A stretch of 64,000 nucleotides of DNA. It comes from Bryobacterales bacterium. Lineage in GTDB: Bacteria; Acidobacteriota; Terriglobia; Bryobacterales; Bryobacteraceae. The DNA lies in contig PNAJ01000148.1 of NCBI GenBank assembly GCA_003170295.1, positions 3,946 to 67,945 on the forward strand. Direction: 5' to 3'. Shown one piece after another: positions 9,177-20,149 of this stretch (position 1 is the stretch's first letter; every line of letters starts with the position of its first letter). Position numbers and translations under genes: made by a program. A model generated the notes under the pieces. It worked only from the letters and a program-made list of their open reading frames with translations, had not been told where the DNA came from and did not search any database.

Positions 9177-9740
9177 CTAGCCTTTTACGTCGACTTCGCT
9201 GTTGCGGAAATAGAGACGCACTTTGCCCGACGTCGGCTGTCCGAATTGGGTGGTCGGCTTAAACTCGGTGAAGATCAGCCGGTTTTCGAGACTTCTGCGA
9301 AGTTTCGCGCTCGTAAGAACGTTGAAGCCGCTCACGACTTTATAATCGACCATGCGGCCGGATTCGTCGACGATCACATCCACTACAACCTCGCCGACTC
9401 CTCCGCCGATGGCTGCCGTGTTCTTCACCGCCGCTTCCGTCGTCAGCACGGTGGGGACATCGAAGGAATCGTCGCCGCGCACGGGATACATTGGCGTCAG
9501 ACACATACTGAACAAAGCCACGGTGGAGAAAATGCCGCCGGCCAACGGTAGCGCGAGCGGGCGCATCAAGTTTGTGGCGAACAAATTCAAACGGTCGCGC
9601 CACTGTATTTTCCGAGAGAGAATGCGCTGGCGCTCCCTGGAAGCGAGCACACGCAACGAGGTCCGCAGTCCCGACGGGGGGATGCGCGCAGGTAGACTAC
9701 GAAGCGCCTGACTTACCGAATCGTTTGAATCGCGTGTCAT
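9177..9740 (-). CDS. Membrane protein with TonB-C-like domain, probable anti-sigma partner of the adjacent ECF sigma
   Basis: Begins 6 nt after the sigma gene. Single TM helix (LALPLAGGIFSTVALFSMCL) and a C-terminal VVVDVIVDESG.V.DYKVV...F.P block resembling TonB_C. Confidence 0.55.
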   Translation of the reverse strand: MTRDSNDSVSQALRSLPARIPPSGLRTSLRVLASRERQRILSRKIQWRDRLNLFATNLMRPLALPLAGGIFSTVALFSMCLTPMYPVRGDDSFDVPTVLTTEAAVKNTAAIGGGVGEVVVDVIVDESGRMVDYKVVSGFNVLTSAKLRRSLENRLIFTEFKPTTQFGQPTSGKVRLYFRNSEVDVKG

Positions 9741-9746
9741 ATCGAA

Positions 9747-10424
9747 TTACAGTTCCCTTACCAGCTCTATTTGCCGGTGCTGCCACTCCGAGTGCGATGC
9801 CGGTTCCAGCCGGCCCGCCAAGTGTTTCTTCAACGCGTCCCGCCCTCGCAGGATGCGCGATTTTACGGTTCCGAGCGAGATCTCGAGAATCGCGCCGATT
9901 TCCTCGTAACTCAAACCTTCAATTTCGCGGAGGACGAGAGCGGCGCGAAACTTCGGATTCACTTGCGCAAGCGCCGCCTCAATTAAGAGCTGCGTCTCAT
10001 GATCGAGCGTCACGTCAAACGGCGAACGGCCGGGATCGGGCAGAACGTGCTGATAACCTTCCCCGGGTTCTTCCGCCTCCAAATTCACTTCCTGGCGCCG
10101 GTGCCGGCTGAACCAGCGGCGCTGGTTACGCCCCTCATTCACCGCGATGCGGTAGATCCAGGTCTTAAGCGAGCTCTCTCCGCGGAACGAGGCGACATTG
10201 CGGAACACCTTAAGAAAAACTTCCTGCACCACGTCGGCGGCATCGGACGGATCGTCCAACAAGCGGCTGACAATGTTATAAATCGGCTGTTCAAAGCGCT
10301 GAATCAGAGCTTCGTAGGCGGATTCCTCGCCGGCGCGGAGGCCCTGAAGGAGCACGGAATCATCCTCCCGCGCGCGGACTGCCGTTGAAACGTCGAGTTG
10401 GAAGCCAACCAAGCTATCCGCCAC
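9747..10424 (-). CDS. ECF-type RNA polymerase sigma-70 factor
   Basis: Region 2 (DVVQEVFLKVF, WIYRIAVN) and region 4 (REIEGLSYEEIGAILEISLGTVKSRI). Confidence 0.9.
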   Translation of the reverse strand: MADSLVGFQLDVSTAVRAREDDSVLLQGLRAGEESAYEALIQRFEQPIYNIVSRLLDDPSDAADVVQEVFLKVFRNVASFRGESSLKTWIYRIAVNEGRNQRRWFSRHRRQEVNLEAEEPGEGYQHVLPDPGRSPFDVTLDHETQLLIEAALAQVNPKFRAALVLREIEGLSYEEIGAILEISLGTVKSRILRGRDALKKHLAGRLEPASHSEWQHRQIELVREL

Positions 10425-10499
10425 TACATCTCCAAAATAGCAGCTTTACATAGTCCGAGCTTGCCAGAACCGCTCCGGTTTCTGAATTCTATAGTCTTT

Positions 10500-10525
10500 G
10501 ACGCCGCAGGCGGGGGATTTGTTCC
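10500..10525 (-). promoter_or_regulatory. Candidate ECF-type promoter (GGAAC-N17-CGTC)
   Basis: The minus strand reads GGAACaaatcccccgcctgcggCGTC about 75 nt upstream of the sigma start. It fits the generic ECF GGAAC / CGT pattern. Confidence 0.3.
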
Positions 10526-10540
10526 CATTTGCCGTTGAAA

Positions 10541-10568
10541 CTCCGCTCCCTGTGGTCGCGGCTCGGTA
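10541..10568 (+). repeat. REP family 2 arm
   Basis: CTCCGCTCCCTGTGGTCGCGGCTCGGTA. Confidence 0.85.
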
Positions 10569-10616
10569 AGCAGTGTGAACTGAGCCTCCGTATAGCAATC
10601 ATCGGCCAATGTAGAC

Positions 10617-10721
10617 GGGGCGAAAGCCGGTACAGACCTCTCTGTCCACCGGCGACGGGATGTAGGGTGCTTTGGCGGGGATGGTGGCGCCTTGGGACAG
10701 AGATCAGTCCCGGTTTTCGCG
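10617..10721 (-). mobile_element. MITE-like element, family 4
   Basis: Its reverse complement aligns end to end with 60579-60688. Terminal inverted repeats are CGAAAxCCGG(G/T)AC(T/A)GA(C)CxCTCTGTCC. Confidence 0.8.
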
Positions 10722-13520
10722 GTTTCTCGCAGTCCCCGAGTTTTGTTTACGCAAGCTCGTCACCGGACGCCGGGCATTTGCGGCCGTGGCGGCTGCGAAG
10801 GTGCACGAGGTGCCTCCGCTGGTGTCGATGGAGACGGCCACGGTTGTGGAGAAAGAGCCACTGGAAATGGTGAAAACGTTGTTTCCGCTCAAATCCGGGC
10901 GGCCCGTGGTGATCTGCGCTTCATAAGTGCCGGCGATGTAGTTACCGGGGACGTCACCGCCGGTGTAGTCGCTGATCGGTAAGACGCTCACAACGGCAGC
11001 GAGAGGGGAAACCGTGGTCACGGTAGGCGTTCCCGAGGATCCCACCGGCATTCCCGAGGCGTCCAACAGCCGGAAATCGATGTAATCGGTGCAGGAGGGG
11101 GGATCGACAGAGGGCAAATAGAGGCTGAGCGTGTTGGTCACAGGTCCGACGACGCCATACCAATAAGGCAGGCGCAGAGGGGTCTGTCCTTTGGAGCCGG
11201 AGACGACGATAAAGCCGTGGTACTGGCCCGAGGCGAGACCGCCGGAAAGAGACACCGTGACGGTTTTCGAAGCTCCGGCGGCCAGGGTGAAACTGGGAGA
11301 ATCGACGGAGGGCGTCGCGATGCCGTCAATGGAATTGACGACCACCGAGAACGTATCGGAAGAGGAACCGACATTGGCAATGCTGACCGTCTGCGAAATA
11401 CCGGCGGGGGCTGGCGCAGTATCGAGCCGGGAACGAGCATGGACGCCGACGGACGAGGTCGAAGGGCCCATGGCAACGTTGGGCGGAGCGAAGTTAAGGG
11501 TGGCGGGAACCGCGGTTAGACCCGCCTGCAACGATCCCAATAAATCCAGCTTGCCCGCTCCGGCATACTGCGGAAACGCGATGTTGTTTTTGGGATAGAG
11601 GTCCAGTTCGGCCGCACCATTGGTGATCAACGAACGGTATTGCGCCGCGGACAGCCCGGGCTTCGCCGCCATGAGGACCGCAATGGATCCGGTGACGATA
11701 GGAGTAGCGAAGCTGGTGCCCGCGCCATCGTCAAAAAGCTGGCCGTAGCCGAACTGATAAAAATAATTCAGGGTAAACGGACTGTCGAGGATGGTGTAGG
11801 GATTGTAGCAACCGTTGGCTTCAGAGATCGCCGCGCAGCCGGTAGTTTCATAAACGCTGGTCGAGGGTGCGACCAGCCAATCGCCTACGGCGACAACATC
11901 CGGCTTGAGATTCCCCAGCGGAGTGGGCCCGAGGCTCGAAAAATCCGCAATTGTGTTGAGGGGATAGGAGAGCGGAGTCTTGGCGTCGAAATCGAGGTCC
12001 ACCGCGGGGCTGGAGGATGCGGTTTGCTTGATTGCTAAGCCGTCGGCCTGACTGACCATCACTGCGGGCAGGGCGGCGGTCCCCATGGACCAACTCACGG
12101 CACGATCGCTACCACTCGAATCGGCGGGGGGATTCGAGAGCCCAAGCTGATACCCCGAGATCGTGCCACCGGACATGGTGTAATCGAAAAACGCGCGGCT
12201 GGTATTGTCGTAAATAATGGCGCCCACGGCACCGGCGTTCTGCGCGTTGTTCAGCTTCGTCTGAAACGAGCAGGAAGGCGGAGTAGCCGCGCCGCGCTGG
12301 ACCAGAGCGATCTTATTCGTCAGACTATTCGCCGGAAGAGCGCTGCAGGCGTAGCCGCCCGCATCAGACGTAAGAGTGGCAACGTCCACAATGGCGCCGG
12401 TTGTGTCTCCGGTTTGGAACCCGAGCTCTTCAGCCGCCGGGATGGCATAGTAGGAATGGCCACCGACGGTGGCGGCGTACCAAAACCATCGCTGATTCTC
12501 GATGCCACCGACGGCGATGGCCGCTGGCGTGGCGGCAGGAGTGGAGATGGTGCCCAAGCCCGGTCCGGAGTTTCCGGCGGCCGCGACCACAAGAACGCCG
12601 CTCGAGACCGCTTGGGCAATCGCGGTGGCATCGGCCCCGGTCTCATCGCTGATGCCATAAATCAGAGACCCGGAGCTGTAGTTGACCACGTTCATGCCGT
12701 CGCTGACGGCGTCTTCCAATCCGTGAATAAAAGTGATGTCGGTGCTGCCGCCCTGGGTATCCTCGGCAACCTTGTAATTGCCGATCCAGGCACCGGGTGC
12801 GACGCCGCTGAAGGGCGCGACCATAGAGGGGACGCCGGGATCGGTGGTCAAGCCCGCACTGATGCCGGCGATGGTGGTGCCATGCTGGCAATAATCGCTG
12901 CCGTCGGTTTGCGTATTATCGATCCCGTCGGCTACGTCGGAATAAATGCGGGTGACGATTACCTTGTTGTTGACGTTGCTTGCGGTCGCCAAACCGCCGG
13001 CGAAAATGGGAAATCCGGTGGGCAGCGGCGTTGAGAAATTAGAAAACGCGGGGTGGGTATTGTCGACACCGCAATCGAGAATACCGATTTTGATTCCAGC
13101 GCCGGCAGTCGCCTGGCCGCCGGGTAGAGTCTGCCATGCCTGCGTGATACGGTGCACATTTATGGCCTGATCCATCAGCAGGTGGTGACGCCGCACGGGA
13201 TAGACATTTTTCACGTTCGGCGACTGGCGCAATTCGGCGGCCGCCTGGTCCGTCATGGTCACGGCCACGGCGTTGAGGAGTGTATCGTAATGGTCGGTGA
13301 CCTTGCCGCCGAGGGATTGGACTTGCGCTTCGAGGGCTCGATGTTCGGCTTGAATCGCGGCGCGACGTGTCTGGACCTCCGCGTCGGCTGCGGTGTAATG
13401 AAGACTCTTCGCGGCAGCGATCGCGGCGGCCGGTGCGGTTCGCAGCTCCACGATATAGCGGCCGGGGATGGTCTGGGCAGCGGCGAGCGCGGCGGAAATT
13501 AGAAAGAAAACGATTCTCAT
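10704..13520 (-). CDS. Secreted S8 (subtilisin-family) serine peptidase with PA-like insert and Ig-like C-terminal repeats
   Basis: Catalytic D (LDCGVD), H (HGTTIAG) and S (GTSFATPIVTG). The signal peptide starts at the internal Met, MRIVFFLISAALAAAQT. Confidence 0.9.
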   Translation of the reverse strand: MRIVFFLISAALAAAQTIPGRYIVELRTAPAAAIAAAKSLHYTAADAEVQTRRAAIQAEHRALEAQVQSLGGKVTDHYDTLLNAVAVTMTDQAAAELRQSPNVKNVYPVRRHHLLMDQAINVHRITQAWQTLPGGQATAGAGIKIGILDCGVDNTHPAFSNFSTPLPTGFPIFAGGLATASNVNNKVIVTRIYSDVADGIDNTQTDGSDYCQHGTTIAGISAGLTTDPGVPSMVAPFSGVAPGAWIGNYKVAEDTQGGSTDITFIHGLEDAVSDGMNVVNYSSGSLIYGISDETGADATAIAQAVSSGVLVVAAAGNSGPGLGTISTPAATPAAIAVGGIENQRWFWYAATVGGHSYYAIPAAEELGFQTGDTTGAIVDVATLTSDAGGYACSALPANSLTNKIALVQRGAATPPSCSFQTKLNNAQNAGAVGAIIYDNTSRAFFDYTMSGGTISGYQLGLSNPPADSSGSDRAVSWSMGTAALPAVMVSQADGLAIKQTASSSPAVDLDFDAKTPLSYPLNTIADFSSLGPTPLGNLKPDVVAVGDWLVAPSTSVYETTGCAAISEANGCYNPYTILDSPFTLNYFYQFGYGQLFDDGAGTSFATPIVTGSIAVLMAAKPGLSAAQYRSLITNGAAELDLYPKNNIAFPQYAGAGKLDLLGSLQAGLTAVPATLNFAPPNVAMGPSTSSVGVHARSRLDTAPAPAGISQTVSIANVGSSSDTFSVVVNSIDGIATPSVDSPSFTLAAGASKTVTVSLSGGLASGQYHGFIVVSGSKGQTPLRLPYWYGVVGPVTNTLSLYLPSVDPPSCTDYIDFRLLDASGMPVGSSGTPTVTTVSPLAAVVSVLPISDYTGGDVPGNYIAGTYEAQITTGRPDLSGNNVFTISSGSFSTTVAVSIDTSGGTSCTFAAATAANARRPVTSLRKQNSGTARNRENRD

Positions 13521-13845
13521 GAAAAAGAAGACTCCACTTAACAGGTCGGACGCGAACAGATACGACTGTACAGACGTTTGCAGTATAAAACTGGAATACA
13601 AGAAATCACGGCAGGGCGCGGGTAGCTCACTTGGTACAACACGGGCTGGGAAGAAAGGTTGTGGGGCGGGCGGCGAAGCACTCCTGTCATTCTCATCCTT
13701 ATGATGCTTATTGAGCGGCGGAGGGGTGGATTTTTGAGAAAAAAGGAAGTGCTTGGCGCGGTAGTAGGGTCGTGTGGTATATCGATACGCCTTTTGTTAC
13801 AATGAATTAAGGGGATATAGGCCCCTTAAAGGATTTCCGGTTCCC

Positions 13846-14085
13846 ATGGCCACCAAACCTGCTTACGCCCAAGGCGCACAAATCGAGCATCCTAAGTTCG
13901 GGTTAGGAAGCGTGCTGTCTTGCAGCGACGAATATATTGTGATTAAATTCGACGAGCATGGCGAAAAGAAGTTCGTGCTCACGATCGTGCTGCCGAACCT
14001 GAAAAAGAGCGACCGGCAGCCTCCGGTAGAGAAGCGTCGAACGACAAAGAAGAAGGTGGCGGCGGCGCCGGTGGTAGCGACCTAG
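13846..14085 (+). CDS. Small hypothetical protein (HPKFGLGSV motif, lysine-rich tail)
   Basis: 79 aa from the internal ATG. The H.KFG.G.V motif recalls DUF3553/UvrD-C-terminal-like small domains. Confidence 0.5.
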   Translation: MATKPAYAQGAQIEHPKFGLGSVLSCSDEYIVIKFDEHGEKKFVLTIVLPNLKKSDRQPPVEKRRTTKKKVAAAPVVAT

Positions 14086-14121
14086 CGGATCGCTGGGTTA
14101 TGATGGGAGTGAACCGCTCAA

Positions 14122-14196
<75 letters not shown>

Positions 14197-14261
14197 TCTT
14201 TTCAATCACTTGGGGATAAAAGCCCACGATCTGTCACTCCAGTCACTCCATTAGGCAGCCA

Positions 14262-14480
14262 GCACTTCAGATTCGAGTTTTCCAACCGCCTCTGAACGCT
14301 GCCGCAAATCCGACTTCGTATAAACATCTAAGCGGACCCCAAGGCTGTGGCCCAACTGATCGGCCACCACCTTTGGATCGATGCCAGCCCTCCTTAGAAA
14401 GGCTCGCATGGGTCCGGCGCATCACTTGAAAATTTGCCCACTCTAACCGTTGCGCTTCGGCAATCTGGTGGAGTGTCATC
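14262..14480 (-). pseudogene. Tyrosine recombinase/integrase, C-terminal remnant (frameshifted)
   Basis: The minus strand reads ..VMRRTHASL.. in one frame, then AGIDPKVVADQLGHSLGVRLDVYTKS..* in another. This is the R-H-..-Y catalytic tail of phage-type integrases. No intact N-terminal part is present. Confidence 0.6.
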
Positions 14481-14790
14481 CTGGCAGCAACTGCGTCATG
14501 TTCGGATGAATGCCCATGGAAGCAGAGGCTGCCAAGTTGATCCCACATGTGCGCTTGAACGTGTCCTGGGCTACGCCTTGGCCGTTGTCGTACTTCACTC
14601 CCAGGTTGAAGCATGCTGGTTCAGAGCCCTGGTCGGCGGTGCGGATGGTGGAACTGGCTTCATATCTGCGATAGCGTTTGAAACTGAGTCGATTCGCCAG
14701 TTTTGACCGAGTTCTCATTCACCTGCATTTTCAGTGTTGATGTTGTCGTCGAAACTGGTATGCGATTTCACATCTGCTCTTAACCCCGCG

Positions 14791-15966
14791 TCAGTCTGGC
14801 GACCGGACGGATGCCTCGGCGGTCTGAAGGTCGAGGCCCACGCGCTCGCCGTTGATCAGGACGACGCTCGCGTCCAGCAATTGTTGCCCGGTGAGGTCGA
14901 ATTGCGCGTAACTGCGCAGAGCGCTCAAAGGAAATATGAATTCCACTGCCTCGCCGCCTTCCGCATTGGCGCCTGCCATGCGAACACTGGTGCTGAAATC
15001 AATTCCGCTGAAGTCGACGCTGTCTTTGAAGTAGGCGAGAACAGGGCGGACCAGGTGCGCGACGTGACGATCGAACGCCAGCGCGGCCAGCTTGTATTGC
15101 GATCCGGCATCGGATGCCGCGAGAGTCGTCGCGATCGGGATCTCCAGATATTGGCCGCCGCGAAACGCAATGAAAGATGGGGGAGCATAGGGCACGAAGT
15201 GCGCCTGTTGATCGAGATCCTTCAGCATCCTGGCCAGCGCATCGCGATAGTCGGATACCGGCTTCGATTCCGTTTCCAACTTCGCAGGCGCGCTGGGGAA
15301 CCGCGGTTCCGGTTTGGCGGACACCACGGACACCGGTATCGCCTGACCATCTTGTCGCTCGAAAGGCAAGAACGAAATCGGAGTGCGATTGAGGTATGCG
15401 GTTCCCTCCTGCACTGCGGCGGCGCGCCCGGCTTCATCGCGAGCCTCCACCAGGCGCTGCGCCGATGCCTTTGGCAGGATCAGGACGACATTTTCCGCCG
15501 ATTCCGTCTCGACCCCCAATACCTTCCTGATCACGTGGTGGGATATTTCAAGTGCGAACGCTTCCGGAACGTCGGCCCGCGCGAGGGCGGGTGCGGCGGC
15601 CTGCAGGATCGGCAGCATGACGTCGCGAAACGTTTGGCGCGTCCGTTCCTCCTTGCTCATCCGCTCGGCCGAATAAGCCGCGAAGTAATTCCCGGTGATC
15701 TTGAGAACCGTCTGTCCTTGATATTTATCGAATTGAATCGAGCGCTGATCGCTGCGCTCCTGCTCCCGCTCAGTCAGGTCCAGTTTGCGGCTGAAGTAGA
15801 AATGATACGGAAACTCGTGTTTGCCGAGCGCCGCGGTAATCGCGTGCAACTCCTCCAGATGGCTCTGCTGCAATGCGCGGATCGAGGGGTCCGCGATCTC
15901 GGCCGGCGATAACACTTGCCCGGTCGCTTGCCAAGCCAGAATCGCGAAAAGGCTAAGGATTCGCAT
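14791..15966 (-). CDS. Secreted hypothetical protein, last gene of the respiratory operon
   Basis: Signal peptide MRILSLFAILAWQATGQ. 14-nt overlap with the upstream gene. No recognisable cofactor motif. Confidence 0.6.
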   Translation of the reverse strand: MRILSLFAILAWQATGQVLSPAEIADPSIRALQQSHLEELHAITAALGKHEFPYHFYFSRKLDLTEREQERSDQRSIQFDKYQGQTVLKITGNYFAAYSAERMSKEERTRQTFRDVMLPILQAAAPALARADVPEAFALEISHHVIRKVLGVETESAENVVLILPKASAQRLVEARDEAGRAAAVQEGTAYLNRTPISFLPFERQDGQAIPVSVVSAKPEPRFPSAPAKLETESKPVSDYRDALARMLKDLDQQAHFVPYAPPSFIAFRGGQYLEIPIATTLAASDAGSQYKLAALAFDRHVAHLVRPVLAYFKDSVDFSGIDFSTSVRMAGANAEGGEAVEFIFPLSALRSYAQFDLTGQQLLDASVVLINGERVGLDLQTAEASVRSPD

Positions 15967-16672
15967 TAAATACTCCTTGGGGACGATAAGGTGGATCCGC
16001 GACCGCGCGGATATAAGCCGTCAACGCTTCAATGTCGCTCGCGGAAAGCGTAGGGCTATAAGGCGGCATCTCCGGCGATTTGCTGAGCGCGGCGCCGCCA
16101 TGGGTGATGATGGCAACTAGATTGGCGCGACTGATCTGGTTCAACGTCGCGCCATCGGAAAAAGCGTGCGGTGCGACGCTCAAATTGTCGTGGTTCGAAA
16201 CTCTTTCCGCGGTGGATTCGGAATTGTGGCATCGCGAACAGTATTTCTCATTCAACACCTGTCCCAGAGTCTGCTGGTAATCCAGAGCGATTTCAGCGAA
16301 CGTCACCTGAACCCGTTTCCCGGATTTGTCTTGCGTTGTGGCGACCAGCGAGGTTCTGCCGGATGCACCGCCCAGCCGGACCGTAGTGCTGAACTGGCCG
16401 TCGCTTCCCGTGAGTCCCGAGGGCGGATCGAAGTGCGCGCCGTCCATCGAGCTGAATTGCACCAACGCGCCGGCGACTCCCGTACCTTGCGCGTCGTTGA
16501 CTTGGGCGACCACCGGCTGATCGAGCGTCGCACCGGCGCCGGCCGTCTGCTTTTCCCCGCTGATGCCGACGATTGCCACACCGAACCCCGAGGCCACAGG
16601 CGCCGATGAGGACGATGGCGTCCGGTTGCATCCCGCTGCTGCCAGCAGCAGCAACAATGCGGCGGCCCTCAT
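15953..16672 (-). CDS. Lipoprotein with Ig-like (Big_1-like) domain and C-terminal monohaem cytochrome c
   Basis: Lipobox LLLAAAGC at the internal Met. An invasin-like beta domain is followed by CSRCH and a distal EMPPY Met-ligand motif. ATGA overlap with the upstream gene at 16669-16672. Confidence 0.75.
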   Translation of the reverse strand: MRAAALLLLLAAAGCNRTPSSSSAPVASGFGVAIVGISGEKQTAGAGATLDQPVVAQVNDAQGTGVAGALVQFSSMDGAHFDPPSGLTGSDGQFSTTVRLGGASGRTSLVATTQDKSGKRVQVTFAEIALDYQQTLGQVLNEKYCSRCHNSESTAERVSNHDNLSVAPHAFSDGATLNQISRANLVAIITHGGAALSKSPEMPPYSPTLSASDIEALTAYIRAVADPPYRPQGVFNANP

Positions 16673-18710
16673 CTCGATGCTCCTTTTCGAGGCGCGGCTT
16701 TTTGTTCCATTAAGAACGCCGTGATGGCGCGCGCATCCTCGTCGTTCATGTTCCAGTTCACCTCCAGAGTGCCTGGACGCAGCGCCTGCGCATTCTTCAG
16801 CCAGTGGAATATCCACTCCGGATTCAGCCTCAATCCCACCTCGGTGAGCGTCGGACCGATGTAGCCCTTGTCTTTAGCGGGATCGAGAATATGGCACGAA
16901 TTGCAGGCGTACTTGCCGTAATAAAGATCCTTGCCGTGCGCCGAATCGCCGCCCGCGAATTTCGCGGCGCCATCGAACGCGGCAGTCTGATACACAGTCA
17001 TGATGTAATCGGCCAGGACGCTAGCCTCTTCGTCGGTCATGTTGAACTTAGGCATGCGGCGGATCAGCGTTGGCCGAAGCGTGTTGGGGCGCTTCAAAAA
17101 ACTCACGAGCCAGCCTCGTTGTACCGAGCTCCCTTCCCACGTCAGCTCCGGCGCCATCGAGCCTCCGCGTCCATTGATTTCGTGACAACTGAAGCAGCGC
17201 ATGTCCGTCATCAACTGCCCCGCCCGCCCCGCCGGCTGATAGGTCGATGGTGGCGCGGCCTGGATTCGCAACGTGGCAGGCAACGTCTTTGCGCGAGTGG
17301 TCTGCGCGAGCAGCGCCGTCACCAGCGAGTCGACCTGCGAATCGGATAACGTGAACTTCGGCATCTTCAACGCGTTTCCGAATGACCGCGGGTTCCGGAT
17401 CTTGGCCGAGATGTAATCCGGCACCGTATGCGCCATCCCCGGCGCGAACAGGATCTTCGCGAGCGGCAGACTGCCCACGGCCGTCAATTCGGGCGCGAAA
17501 TTATCCGCGTGCGCGACGCCGTTGATTTCGTGGCACGACGCGCATCCGCGCTCGCTCACCAGCGTTTTGCCGTGTGCGATTTGCGCGGCCGTAGCCGTGT
17601 CCATGTGAACGTCCTTGAGAAAATCGGAATCCGTTTTGCTCCCGAGAAAACCCATCACGAGGCCAACGTCTTTTTCCTCGAAACGATAGTGCGGCATTGC
17701 TGTCTCGGGATCGTAAACCTTGGGATTGCGCAGCCAATCCGCCAGCCACTCCGGTTTGACCTTCGACCCGACCCGCGTCAACTCCGGTCCGATATTTCCT
17801 CCCGTCATCAGTCCCGCGGCGTTCTGCATTGCGTGGCAGGACGCGCAGAACGATTCCCCGTACACGCTCGATCCCTGCTGCACCGCCGCCGTATCGTCCT
17901 GCTTCGGAACCGCCGGAGTCTTGCGCGGCGCACCCGCAATATAAGGTGTGCTCTGGTTGATCAGAAACGCGGAAATATCGCGGGCGTCCTCGTCGCTTAA
18001 CTGGAAATTGGGCATGGTGGCCGTCGTCGCATACGCCTGCGGATTCTTGATCCATGCGAAAATCCATTCCCGCGTCGTCTTCTCCGCGACGTGCGCCAGC
18101 GACGGAGGATCGTCGGTCGCCGTCATTACGCGGCCTTCGGGCGATGCGATTTTATGGCAATGGACGCAGCCATACCGCGCCAGCATGTCTCTTCCCGCAT
18201 TGAGTTGAGGCGTTCCTTCGAGCGGTCGTTCGTGACACTGCCCGCACGACGATTCGACGTAGCGCGCCGGCAAAATCGCCTGTTCCCAAGCCTTTGTGCT
18301 GCTGTGTGCGTCCTCCACCGTCGTCGCGAAACCCTGTCCCCGATGGCACATCACGCATCCGAATTCGGTCAAGGAATGCGGAATCGGCGGATGCGGACGG
18401 AACGGCTGCGCCGCGACCCCGGCCAGCGACGCTTCCTTCAATCCCGAGTGACAAGTCGCGCAGCGGTCGACCACATCCAACTCCGGCAGCCAGATCTGTT
18501 GCACTCCTCCCTGAAATCGCCGCGCGAGCGACACGCCGTCGCTGCGATTGCGAATCAGGCTCTGGTATTCGTGCTGATAGTGCAGCCATTCGCGAAAATG
18601 ATCCTTCGCCGGCACCACCGCGAGCATCACCACGAGCACGACGCTCAGGGACCCGAACGCGCGCGCGCTGTCCCCGAACAAGAACTTCCATGCAGTGCGG
18701 ATTTTTTCGG

Positions 18711-18714
<4 letters not shown>
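16669..18714 (-). CDS. Membrane-anchored octahaem cytochrome c (4 clustered haems plus 4 class-I c domains)
   Basis: Eight CxxCH motifs: CATCH, CVMCH, CGQCH, CVHCH, CASCH, CASCH, CFSCH, CNSCH. The later domains carry MP.F Met-ligand motifs. N-terminal TM helix. ATGA overlap at 18711-18714. Confidence 0.85.
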
Positions 18715-19407
<693 letters not shown>

Positions 19408-19415
<8 letters not shown>

Positions 19416-20145
19416 GGGTTTTCTCTCCGGTGTGCAATCCGCCGTCCTTTCGGATTCGCCAGAAGTGAACCGCCAGGAACACCACGGCGATCAGCGGCAG
19501 GATCACGCAATGCAACACGTAAAATCGCAGCAGCGCATTGGCGTTCACCGTGTTGCCTCCCAAAATCAGGAAACGCGTTTTAGCCCCCATCAACGGCACC
19601 GCGGACATGATGTTGGAACCCACCGTGATCGCCCAGAACGCCAGTTGATCCCACGGCAGCAGGTATCCGGTGTAGCTCAGGAACAGTGTCAGCATGAGCA
19701 GCACCACGCCCACCACCCAGTTAAATTCGCGTGGCGGACGATACGCGCCGCGGTAGAACACTTTGAACATGTGCGCGAACACCAGCAGCACCATCGCATG
19801 CGCGCTCCAGCGGTGCAGATTCCGCAGGAACACGCCCGCCGAGACCACGAACTGCAAATCCTTCATGTCCGCGTAGCCTTGCGGAACCGAAGGATGGTAA
19901 TACAGCATCAGCAGAATTCCCGTGACCACCAGAATCAGAAAGCAGCCCAGGCTCAGCGTCCCCAAATACCAGGTCACGCCGAAATCCAGCGCCCTCCGCC
20001 GCACCTTCACCGACGCCAGGTGCATGAACACGTTCTGCTGAACCGCCAGCGACCGGTGCAGATTGGTATCGCCCGTTCCCGCCCGGAACACCGAACGCCA
20101 CACGCGCGAGTTGCGTACGCCAACCACCGCCTCAGAGAGTTTCAT
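19408..20145 (-). CDS. Cytochrome b6-type (N-terminal four-helix haem-binding core)
   Basis: Helix [18 protein letters not shown] has a His-His spacing of 14. Helix [18 protein letters not shown] has a spacing of 15, as in b6-type proteins. [11 protein letters not shown] motif. Confidence 0.9.
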
Positions 20146-20149
20146 CGTG

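Noticed and set aside
13615-13680. tRNA-like string GGGTAGCTCACTTGGTACAAC
   Set aside because: The D-stem cannot pair (GCTC vs CAAC). No anticodon or T arm can be drawn. It is probably chance or a very decayed fragment.
14476-14718. 80-aa ORF with a Sel1-like motif (NLGVKYDNGQGVAQD)
   Set aside because: It contains a single repeat fragment embedded in otherwise non-coding-looking sequence inside the island debris. It is regarded as a gene remnant, not a functional CDS.
14734-15912. 392-aa plus-strand ORF
   Set aside because: It is the mirror frame of the minus-strand gene 14791-15966. It is Arg/Leu/Gly-rich, with no signal peptide or motif. The minus-strand product has a signal peptide and fits the operon spacing.
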